From Orbicella franksi (Eukaryota): 64,000 bases of DNA. A model generated the notes under the pieces. The model did not search any database and had not been told where the DNA came from. It saw nothing but the letters and a program-made list of their open reading frames with translations. How positions within the stretch are numbered: position 1 is the first letter of the stretch; every line of letters begins with the position of its first letter. Position numbers and translations under genes: made by a program. The stretch covers positions 32,674,001-32,738,000 of the forward strand of contig OZ116702.1 of the NCBI GenBank assembly GCA_964199315.1. The letters run 5' to 3'. This document shows positions 39,101-50,012 of the stretch, piece after piece.

Positions 39101-42100
39101 TGTCCATCTCCTCCTCCTGATCATCATTGCAATTTCCTGCCTCACAGTCAGTTGTCAAGGCATCTGAAGACTGTTCTGACACTAGGGATTCCATATCACT
39201 GTCAGTTATCTCAGAGCTGAAGCTACCATCTTCGTCAAGCCAAATATCCTCTCGAGAGGGGAGTGGAATGTTTGAGACACATGGCACTGCAAATGTAAAG
39301 TACATTTTTGATCAATATGCTTTAGAAAGATTCTGTCATAACAAAAAAACCTCTAATAGTTATCCTACATCACGGGTGGACCTGAGGGGGGGGGGGAATT
39401 CAAGGAGTGGGCACCCCCCTCCCTAGGATGAAGCCTTCTTCTTTGTATTTGCTTTTAGAATTTGTTTACCTCACCAGTCAGTTAACGCCATTCCTTAGTG
39501 GTGCGTCCCCTCCTAAGAAAAATCCTGGATCCCCCCTGTACATGTATGCCTGAATGGGCAGAATCAGTGCAGCAGTGAATTTGGAAGAGTCTAAAATATT
39601 GTCCGCAATACTTCTGTTATTTACTCACTTTGTGTCAGTTTGACTTTCGACTAACTATACTTGAAATAAATGCTTAATGGACTTATTTACAACTTAACTT
39701 TGGCAAGTAGGGGCCTGTTTCTCGAGGGTCCAAAAAGTTTTCGCACTCGAAAAGCTGTAGCAAACTCTCAAACTTTTTGACTGTAGAGCTGTTTTATTCA
39801 TGTATTTTTAATACAAACAAAGGTTCTCTTCATACAAGAAGTGTCAGGCGTATACACCTCTCTGTCTCTAAATACCGATTAACTAAAAATGGCTTTTTGG
39901 GCCTGAAAAGATTCTGGGGCTTTCGAGAAACAGGCCCCTGGTGTTTAATCAAAAATGGCACTTAATACTGTAAGTTAATAAAACAATACAATATGATAAT
40001 ACTAACCTGTCACAAACACTGGATGCTGTAGAAGTTCTGCAGCTGTAGCTCTCTCTGATGGTTCAAGAACAAAACCTTGGTTGAAAAAATCCTCAACTTC
40101 AGGGCTGCATGGAGGAGATTGTGGAGGCCGAGATGCTGTCCCAATCTGTGAGGAGATATAGAAAGATGACGAATGATACATTAATTGAATTTCAATGACT
40201 GTCAATGTTGCAGAGAACAAGAAGACATTCCTCAAACAGACTTCAGAACTTTTTTCCCTCAAAGGCAAGGACTAATCCAATCCAATCCAAGGACTATTCG
40301 TAGACTTTAAAAAAAAAAAACAACTAGCAATATTCAAGGACTTGTTCCTTCAGTCAAATGCAAAACTTGGGTAGATTGGGGGGGGGGGGGGGGTAGAGGA
40401 CACAAAACACAGAATGTTCAGAAGCCCATTATACTTCACAGTCAGAGTTTATCATTTTTAACTGCTGTATTGTCAAAATCCTTTTGTTTTAGGCTTGCAA
40501 TGTTTTTCTTCACTTTCACTTATATCAATATTATAATTATGTTAGCATCAATGTCTTATTTTATGAGGATTACCTTGAACAACAAAGAGCCATAAGAGAA
40601 CTCCATCCAGGGAGGTTTACCCACCAACATTTGATAAAGTAAGCACATCAATTCCCAAATATCTGCACTGAATGAGTGCTGTTCACTGCGACAGACCTGG
40701 TGGGAAATATAAGATATATGTAAGTTCTGACCCTTCTTTCCAGCTTTAGTAGCATTAGACATGACTAGGAGTATTTCTACTCTTCCCTAAATGGGAAGCT
40801 AGACACCCTTTCACCCTGCGTGGGGTACAGGTTTGTAAGTATTCCTCTCTATTTCCTTCTGTCTTGGACTTCTCTCTGAAGATGCCACAAGTTAAAACCT
40901 GCTTTCCTCTCTATCCAGTCCACCATCCACAAAGTTCTTGCTTCCGTGGAGGTTTGACCAAAATGGTCATGGGTGTCAAAGAGACCTTCTCTCCCTTCAG
41001 CTTACTGAGTTTTAAGACTTCAGTGTATAATTTCTGAAATCATTCTCCTCCACTGAATGGGTGATTCACCCATCTAACCTCGCCATTGGCCCATTAGCTG
41101 GGTATTTACAGGATGTACAACAGGCCTTCATGGTTACCACAGTAAATCAGAGGACCAATTCTCACCCCAAATCACCCTGCCAAGTAATCTCCACTTTAAT
41201 GGATGACCACTTACATGTACCACAACTAAGAAAAAGGGTTGGAATTTGATAGCCTGAAGGCCAAACAGGGATTTGAAAAAAGCAAGCCTCTTATCTGAAC
41301 ATGAACAGTACAACAAAAACAGTTCAATCACATTTACCTCTGGGGCCATGAAGGCTTCTGTACCTCTTGGGGAATTGTCCTGTTGATAGCCATCACACCA
41401 GATTGTTGTTCCAAAGTCTGCAAGCTTCACCTTCTCTCCTGTGGCATCTAAAAGAACATTTCCGCCTGTTCACAGATTTAAAAAAAATACTTTCAATTGC
41501 TGTTTTCCTGTGACATCCAGCAAATAAAAACAGAGCATGGTAATAGCAAACAAGATTTGGTGATTTCCAAGACATCCACATCACCGATGGAAATAAAACT
41601 TCACTGTCTCCAGACTGGAGACAAAATACATGCATGCCAACTGACCTTTAATATCACGGTGCAGCAATCTTCGAGAGTGCATAAACTCCACAGCAGAAGT
41701 AACTTTGCCCAGGATATAGACTGCATGGCCCTCATAAAGTTTTCCATACTCTTCCACAGAGCCCCCTAATGGAGAGATTATGATAGATGTACCACAAAAA
41801 TAACAGTTACTGCTTACTATCTAAGCATCAAAGAGGGTTGTACTGGGGAATATTGGCTTGAGGTAGTGGCAATATGGACCTTGATCCAAAACAGAAATGA
41901 CCAAGGGCCAATATTCCTCAGTAATACTCATGCAAACTATCAGTTTGTAAGACTACGTGGTTTATTATATGTCACTTGGGCCAAAATACACTGCTTATGC
42001 CCCTTTCCACAGAAATCTCCGCAATCTCTGTGGCCTAAAACTTGCCAAGACTCTTGGAAAGATCTTGTCCAAAATTGTGCACTGGGACTTTTGACGCATC

Positions 42101-45100
42101 ATTCACATTTCTTACATGTATACCTATTTCCAAGCAGAAAAGTGACTTAAGTATTTGATTGTCAATCGAAAAATTGCCCTCTAAATCCATTTTGTTCATA
42201 GCACCTGACGAAAAATAAAATTTGTGTACCATCAATGGCGCATTTACTTGGGACTTAAACATGCCAGTTCAATGTCTTTTGTGTGGGAATCCCACAGGGC
42301 GACAGCCTGGTACAAACAATGTTCACAGGTATGGAGAAGTTTATAAGGGAACAAGAAGATCTGTTAGATTTTATAACCGCGCTTTTAAAATTTAACTGTT
42401 TTCTTAGCACTACAGTCACAACGGAGTGCACATTCCAAACCAATCCTTGACGATTCATTGATTACTGTAGACACCACATCACTTGATCAACACAAACTGT
42501 ATTATTACACCATCAGTCGTAGCTGTTGTGAAATCTCCGATGACATAATAGTCTTAATCTGAAACTTTCTTTGGGATATGTATGGGCATGAAGATATGAA
42601 CACTATTAACAACAGCTTTCTTTCTTAAAACTCAAAATTAAATTTAATTGTTTTTTCCCTCGAGTAAAGGGTTAGCAAAGAAGTCACATGAGTCACATAA
42701 TTCAAGAATTGCGTTATCCACGGCTATCTTTAGCACGGTGGTTACTTTCCTACCAATGACGTAATCCTTGCATGTTCTGACATGTTCTTTGCTTGGCTTG
42801 CAAATATTTAATTTTCCTTCTGATCTATGAACTCACTGTGATGAAACAGCCAAAGAATTTATTTCATTTGCCTAAAACCACAAGAAATAATCGCAAAATT
42901 GCATATAAATTAATGACCGTCACTTCTGGCAAAATAAACTTGCAAAGTAAACACGATCTTATTTGTCACGTAGCGAAAGTGAAAGCTGCAACCTCAGCGC
43001 ATTCCATGGCTGACATAATACCTTCTTTACACGTATTTATTGTTCCCTTTGAATCCAACACTTCGATAAAACCAAAAGAAAATATATTTTACCCACAGCA
43101 AAGACAAAAATATCCGCAAAATTGTCCGTACTTTAATGTTTCATCAGCTTTTGGCGAATAAACATCACACATTGTGTGACTCACAATTTGGCCGAGAGGG
43201 AGTTTGGGTCTGGTCACCGACAAAAAAAAAATAATAATAATAATAAACCAAGGGTGGAACATGAACCGTGCTCAGCCCATGGCTGCGTGGTTTAAAATGC
43301 ATTTTTCTAATGACTTCCCCTATTGCTAGTAAATTACTTATTAAACAAAGCTATGCCATCATCATCATCATTTATTTGCCACATATAGTAATAATACTGA
43401 AAAAGCGGCGAGGAGACCCCCAAAAGAAGCCACCTGGCTTATAATGGAGGCCACCTCAGAAGTTCATATGTGAAGTTAAAATAACAGTCTCAATGAAAGT
43501 ACTTTAATAAGGCTATACAATTTTTTTGTATGACCGTAGCTTTCACAGTGTAAATGTAGCCTGAAATAAGGACCCAACTATTTTAAAAAACTACCTTCCA
43601 TATATTCCATAAAGATAACCACAGCATCTTCGTGTTTCACAGCACCATATAGCTCCAGTATGTTAGGATGCTGTCCGGAGATGCTGCCCCATGTGTCTAT
43701 TTCCATCTGCTGAAATTGCCTCAAAGGAATCTAAAAATAAATGTTAAGAAAGATCCAAGTTTCACTAACAAATCAATGGGAACAATAAATGGTTGTTATT
43801 ATCTTGGCATATGGATGAAATACAGTGGAATACCAATTTTTCAAGCCTTCAAGGGAAACGAAAATTGGTTAGAAAAATCAGATAGTTCAAGAAATCGGGG
43901 GTAAAATTATAGTGTTTTACTGAGGAGAGGGAAACGACTTTTGCTTTGACTTTTCAGTAGGTTGGAAAAAATGAGGGATTGAGATATCAGGATTCCACTG
44001 TAATTAACATTTGAAAGGAATTTATTTTAACAGCAAAAAATTAATAGACGTCACTGTTAGTGACAATCTTACCTTCTTAATAGCAAACAAAAATCCAGTT
44101 TTTGCATCTTCACAAAAATAACAGCGCCCACAAGAGCCTCCTCCGATGTATTTCACTCGCCTCCAATGAAAATCCTCAACATAGCTTCCATCTTCACCAA
44201 CACTGAGTACATGCTGAAAAAAACAACATAAAAAGTTGAATGAAATATCAAGATATAAGTTACGAAACTGTACACTCTGGAACAACAAATTGTGCTACTA
44301 GATACACCGAAACAACAACATCAAATGATCTCTATTTTTTCAATACAAAATATTTAACATTATATATAACACAATGTTTAATTTCTGATGATCTTGTTTT
44401 AATGAGATGAGCTGTTTACTTAGGCTTTCAAGTTAACCTCCTCCTCATCGTTGGACAAGAGACATGTAGGAACAATTTACAATTTACAGTTTAGTTCAAG
44501 GGAGACCCAAAAAAAAAAATGAAAATTACTAAATAAATTCGTCCCCACCCTATGCAAAAACATATCAAGGAAACATATGAAACGTATCAAGGAAGCAGGT
44601 GTGGGAAGAGAATATTCTGAAATCTTTGAACTTTCCTCAATGTTACTGTACAAAGCAGATATATACAGTCAAAACAAATATTACAAGGAAGGCAGATGGC
44701 AGAAAGGAGCTGATATTCACATGATTACCTGATCTAGTGGCCAGATAACTTCCCCTTTTTCCTCCTGAGTAATAGGCTTCACCGTCTGCCTAATATCAGG
44801 CATACATGCTGCACTGAGGGGTGCGGTAGACTCCACTTTCCCATCACTTACATGCTGCTCAAGCCTAACTTGAGCATTAACAGTTGGCCCTCTGGCGACT
44901 TGGGCATCTGGTGATCTTTCCCTTGTCAACAGGTCAGACTGTTGCTCTGTGGCAAGCAGAACGTCTGGAGGTCTGTCAACATGGTACTGGTTCCACACCC
45001 CTGAGGACTCACCTAACGATTCTTCTATTGAAGATGTCAGACTTCCTTCACTGATCAGGGACTGATGATTCAGATTGTCGGCATCATTGGTATCGTGGAC

Positions 45101-47096
45101 CTCTGATCTTGAACTGAAATCTGCCTGACACAGTTGTGCCATAAAATGCTGATCAACATGATCGCCTTTCTCAGGACTTGAGGTGGGTGTTGCTGGTGGG
45201 CTGGGCCTGAAGAATAACTCATCAAGCTTGTAAGGCCACTTCCTGTTGTTTGGTATTCTGTTTTCCTTCAAATATTCCCTGATGGCGTCACACTTTTGAA
45301 CAACACAAGCTCCCATTGGGAGGTGGCATCTTGACGCATGGTAAAGGAGGGATTCTTTAAAGCAAATGCATTTTTTGCAACCTCCTAACACACGCATGTG
45401 GCAGTTCTGGGAGTGGCTGAGGTATTCCTGGATTTCCCGACAAGAAGCTTCACCACATTTCTTCCACTCATTCTCTGAATTTAAGAAGCGGCGGCAGCTG
45501 AAAGCTTTTTGCAAATGCTGTTCTGTTTCACGAAGATCAGTTTCTGGATGGCACTAAAAAAGAACACAGTTTGTAGTTATCAGAAGAGAATTACTTTTTA
45601 ATTAATATGTGAGTGTATATTGGTAATAATTTGACCAGATTGGTGGAATGTACACCACAAATATATGAAGGGGGACTAACTCACTTCCTCATCTTGACAC
45701 CATTTGCTTGTTGTATTGTATAAAAGAGTTGAATTGAATTGAGTTATTTCAGCTGTCCCTTGAAATTGACAATATCAACAAAGTTGGATGTCACAAGTTT
45801 ATCCATGGTAATTATCAATGATTACTTAGCTTAAGTTTGCGACACAAACACCAAGTTATTATACCTGATCACTCAAGAATAATCCACCAGCCACCTCAGA
45901 CTGCAGGTCATTAGATTGCTTTTGTAACTCACATGATGCTTCAGCAAACATTCTGGCTCCAGTCACATCAATCCTGAGGCCCTAAGATTTTATGCACAAG
46001 ACTGATTAGAAACTAAGAGAAACAAGAAATATTGCTAGTCTATTGTAACATAACAAGCTTAGATGTAACATTTTGGAACTTGAGAAACATTATGGAATTA
46101 TTACCATTGAGGCTGGAAGCTTAACCTGTGAAATGTGGCGCTTTGGTCTCCCTGGGGAGTACCCCAAGTAACTTTGTTGAAGCACATGACCCTAGACAGG
46201 GGTAGAATGAGGTGTGACTTCTGGAATGATACCATATTTTCGACAAAGACATTGGTTTCAAAATAATTACATCCAAGACAGCTACATTATTGTAGATTAT
46301 TATAGCATCAGCTTGGCCTAACCTGGGCAGCTGACCTCTTAGCGCCGTCACAAGATGGTGCACTAACCAAAATGTTTTCAGTTATTGGAGGACTCTGTTC
46401 CTGCTCTTGATGATCGTCTTGTCCACTTTCTTTAGTTTCTCCCAAGTCTTCCACTTCACACTGACCATCACCTTGACAACCACCAGTAGGCAAATTACGC
46501 TTTCTGTCATCTTCACCATCATCTCCACCGCCACTGCTGCTATGGTGGTAGCTGGCACTTCCCTGCTTTGTTTTGGAGACCTGCGCAGCTGGTTTCCCTT
46601 CATCTGTGGGTGTCTGGCCTACTTTCTGGTTTGAAGTGCTAGTTTTATCTTTGCTGTTTCCAGTGTCTGAAGGGACTTTTGTTGGAGTACTCATGGAGTC
46701 TTGATTATGTGGGCAGTCTCCACCTTGATGGCTCTCCTCTTCTGGTTGCTGTTCCTGTTCTTCACTGTTGTCCACACTACACTGGCTATCTCCCTGGCAA
46801 CCACCAGGAGGAACATTTCTCCTCGGCCCATCATCTCCATCATCCCCACCACTGCCACTACTGCTGCGGCAGTAGCTGTTACTTCCGGTTGGGCTTTTGG
46901 AGGCCTGCGCAGCAGGTTTCCCAGTATCTGGGATGGCCTGGCCTCCTTTCTGTCCTGAATCACTACTATTTCCTTGAGTGGTTTCTGCTTCTGAAGGTCC
47001 TTCTTCTCTTGACTTGACGGCTCCTGGCTGGTAGCAGAGTGAGTCAAAACATGTATGCTCCTCAGGTACTTTCATCGTTTTTCCAGTCAATGGCAC
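36101..47096 (-). CDS. MAP3K14: NF-kB-inducing kinase (NIK)-like MAP3K with an N-terminal TAZ zinc finger; 5' end unresolved
   Basis: Phase-consistent exons: 47096-46323, 45981-45865, 45553-44729, 44213-44073, 43730-43595, 41765-41646, 41465-41338, 40696-40574, 40145-40007, 39286-38921, 37966-37838, 37414-37328, 36758-36652, 36292-36101. Kinase motifs GGGSCG, AIKK, HRDIKGGN, DFG and APE are intact. NIK-like features: SYVEDFHW (cf. EYREEVHW), EDAKTGF, LYGAV, EEQLQSLQSELFL (cf. EQELQQLEIELFL), and a C-terminal domain AFTLTREDGTP...WRV (cf. AFSLVTKDGQP...WRV). Confidence 0.88.
39371..39538. mobile_element. MITE in a kinase intron
   Basis: Imperfect inverted ends cacgggtggacc / ggatcccccctg, with TACAT on both flanks. 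Confidence 0.6.
39711..39937. mobile_element. MITE family B, copy 2
   Basis: TIRs GGGCCTGTTTCTCGA / TCGAGAAACAGGCCC; the body is the reverse complement of the 23970-24195 element. Confidence 0.75.
40762..40830 (-). mobile_element. SINE fragment (same family as 30797-31080)
   Basis: catgactaggagtatttctactc is the reverse complement of the gtagaaatactc-tagtca body motif. Confidence 0.5.
43355..43460 (-). mobile_element. LINE-like 3' tail
   Basis: The minus strand reads gaggtggcctccattataagccaggtggcttctttt...aaataaatgatgatgatg (AATAAA plus short tandem tail). Confidence 0.55.
46400..46955 (-). repeat. Intragenic tandem duplication (324-nt / 108-aa period) in the NIK-like exon
   Basis: ctgcgcagc(t/a)ggtttccc at 46581 and 46905. 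Two copies of the peptide GKPAAQ.SK...SSSG..GDDG.D...RN.P.GGCQGD.QC.V. Confidence 0.85.
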
Positions 47097-47590
47097 CTGA
47101 AAGTTTACACTGTCAATGGAAACAAAATAAGTTTTTAGTCATTCAAATTTTCCAAAGAGCATATCTGACCCACCAATCTCCAACTGTACAAAATTTACAA
47201 CGGCCAACTCTAACAACAACTTGCACCATAATTTAACTTGCTGAACAATTTCTATATGTTAAATGATTGTTTAGTTTGTGGTCTATAACTTCTGGACACA
47301 AAATTACTTATCTCCTCATAAGCCTTCAGTCAATCAACTCACATTACAAACTTCTCTTCAATCATATTTCTTCTATTTAACAATTAGATGTAAATAATAA
47401 CAATTTTCTTTTCTCAGAAAATTTGTTCCGTTAAAGGAACATGTGTAAAATAAATCATTGGAGTTGTCTAACAAAGAAAATACCTACATCGTATAAATTA
47501 TTTGAGAAAGTTTAATTTCTGTAATAAAGACCAACAACAATCGCGAAGGAAAACAGTCATTTCTCAGAAACCGACCAGTCAAGCTTTAAA

Positions 47591-47601
47591 GGGAAATTCC
47601 C
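47591..47601. promoter_or_regulatory. kappaB (NF-kB) consensus site
   Basis: GGGAAATTCCC matches GGGRNWYYCC on both strands and lies in the 5' region of the NIK-like gene. Confidence 0.45.
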
Positions 47602-47965
47602 AAATTAAAAAAATTCCCCACCAAAAAACTTGTTCAAAAATTCCACGTTCTAATGCAAAAACCTGGGAGAAAATTACACACAAGGAAAAGAAAGTAGTGT
47701 TAAATGCTTGTGTGCTGGAATTAAAAGCGTGCATATGTGTGCACGTGTCAGCGTTAGCAAATATTTTCGCAGACATGAGTTTGTTCTTACTCTTCTTCGC
47801 CTAATTCCGTTCCTTTGTTCGACGAAATCCCTGTTGCACCAGCGGTCAAAAAGGATGGAACTGCTGAAAAAGGCAAGAAGGAAAAATACGGAGGTGAAAT
47901 TACGTGAAACAGGAAACAATTTAACTTAAGCTTAACTTCCATTGTTATTTTGAAACGTGCGAAAT

Positions 47966-48580
47966 TCAATTACAGTGTAGTATTTTTAATTGCATACACC
48001 TACCATATCCCTGGAAAAAGCCAATGTCTTTCCTCTTTAAAGCAACCGCTATGTTCAGATTTTCGCCTCCAAATTTCGCTACCAAAGGTATAATGTCCTG
48101 AATTCCAAGCGACGAGATCTTGTACTTGTCTTGCAAATCGAAAGGATGATTTTTCAATGGCGGAGTGTGTGCTGTGTTTTCGACGGTCTTAGCCGACTCG
48201 CTTTCAAATGCAAAGTCACGATCATCGATTTCGATAAAAAGATTAGTATTTTTCAGTTCGCTTTTGCCACTGCTAAAAATATAAGGGTTGCCAACGTCAT
48301 CGTCACCATCGTGCACCTCAGATGAGAGCGAAGAGTTTCTCCAGCTAGACACAATACTTCCTGTTTGCGTGGTAAGAAGAACCAAGAACTGAATTGCAGC
48401 GTAGAAGGCTTCAACGAACAAACCCAACAGTAACAAGGGATTGTGATTGATCAAGAAGGATACATTAAGGATGAAACTGCTAATAGTTTGCTCTGTTATG
48501 GACCAACGACCCCTTGGGATGGAAGCCATATTGACAATAAAGCAAAGCTGGCTTTTGCCTGCTCTTATTCCAACTGTCAT
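47966..48580 (-). CDS. Putative first coding exon of the NIK-like gene, or an upstream ORF (hydrophobic stretch, then acidic region)
   Basis: 204-codon ORF with ATGs at 48580 and 48529, the segment LLLLGLFVEAFYAAIQFLVLL, donor sites after 48004 and 48000, and a 73-nt exon at 47863-47791 downstream. No family recognised. Confidence 0.45.
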   Translation of the reverse strand: MTVGIRAGKSQLCFIVNMASIPRGRWSITEQTISSFILNVSFLINHNPLLLLGLFVEAFYAAIQFLVLLTTQTGSIVSSWRNSSLSSEVHDGDDDVGNPYIFSSGKSELKNTNLFIEIDDRDFAFESESAKTVENTAHTPPLKNHPFDLQDKYKISSLGIQDIIPLVAKFGGENLNIAVALKRKDIGFFQGYGRCMQLKILHCN

Positions 48581-48608
48581 GTGATCAATGACGAGTTGTC
48601 ACGTGAAG

Positions 48609-48618
48609 GGGGAATCCC
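48609..48618. promoter_or_regulatory. kappaB (p50-type) consensus site
   Basis: GGGGAATCCC lies about 30 nt upstream of the ATG at 48580, next to a CACGTG E-box. Confidence 0.45.
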
Positions 48619-50012
48619 AGGATCGAAGGATCTCGTAAAATGTTAACCTTACCGTTCTCACGTGACGTCATCACATTCTTTAATCCAAAACTAAAGAGCC
48701 GCCAAAGTTTTTATCCTTATCAAGCATAAGAGGTACTAATTTTATATTTTTTTTTACAACTTTCCAACTCAATAGCGTCCTTCGTCTGGAAACCAGCGCA
48801 TTTTGAATTTCAGTTACGGCGGTGCGTGACGTAAAGGTCGAAAAATATGTATTTACAGGATTTATCTCGCGATTTTTAGCCATTTAAGACGTTAAAGTAT
48901 TTGGAAAAGTGCTTATTTAAATATTTGTTTGTTCAGTGCAGTTAATCAGTGGCCTAGATAGCCAAAGTATATAAGTTCCAGCTGTTAACACTATTTTCCA
49001 GTACTACAGAGGAACACCAACATCGCGACTCCATACTAGGCTTTGTAAATTTGGGCGGAACGTTTCGACGAATATCTCAACTTTAGGACAACGCACACAC
49101 CTTAAACTTAGAGAACTGTCTTCTTTATTTATCTTCTGTGATATCATAATTTTTTGACTTTATCCACGGAATGGTTTTTTGATTTCATTTTTTATTACGC
49201 GACAGTGAAAACGCTTTACATTATACAGCTTCAAACGAAGAAAAAACACCAGACAGGACTCGACCGACATTTCGTCGCAAATTATCTTGAACCATTTAAA
49301 ATGCGTTATTTTTTAAAATTAATATTATTCGAGCGATCTGATTTTATAGCTACACAGCACTGAAACAGAGCCTGGCTGGCCTGTGGTGACATGCTTTGCA
49401 GCATTCCCAAAGTGAAGGGTCTTTTCATACTTGTTCTTTCTTATTCTTAATGTCATTGCTAATATAACAGAAATCCTCTTGATTTCAGGGGAATTGCTTG
49501 TAATTTTCGTGCACGTTACGAGTGAAATTCGCGAGGGACGCAAGAGAACTAATTTCTAAGATTTGGCGCAAAAATTTGGGCAGTTTTTTCACGGTCCTGT
49601 CTGAGTAAATGTTCAAGCAGTTCAACGAAACATTTCGAATACGAGTTACGCTGAGCGGAAGAAAGGCTGCCTATATCAGTTTTAAAACAAAACGCTAAAA
49701 CTGTTTGCTTTATTGGAGTCTTGGTTTAGAACACAACATGAGATGATGTTAGTGATAACCTTAGCCTTTTGACGTCTTTTTCAAGAGCATGTGTGACTGT
49801 AGAGAGCTCTGTATGCTTGCAACAAAGTATTAGAGATTTTTTCTCTCTATTTGAAATGCCTTCACAGAAAACTAAAATCAGATTGGGCTCCTTTTGGTCC
49901 AGTACAATTCCATGCGAAATTCCAGAGTTATCGAAAATGGCAGTTGTTTCTACAGCCTTTCTTTACACTTTCCCACCGCACCTCGTCTGATAACAAGCCC
50001 AAAATTCTCAAT

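Noticed and set aside
42281-42295. Palindrome TGTGGGAATCCCACA (CSL/kappaB-like) in a kinase intron
   Set aside because: A single short motif deep in an intron with no independent support; compatible with chance.
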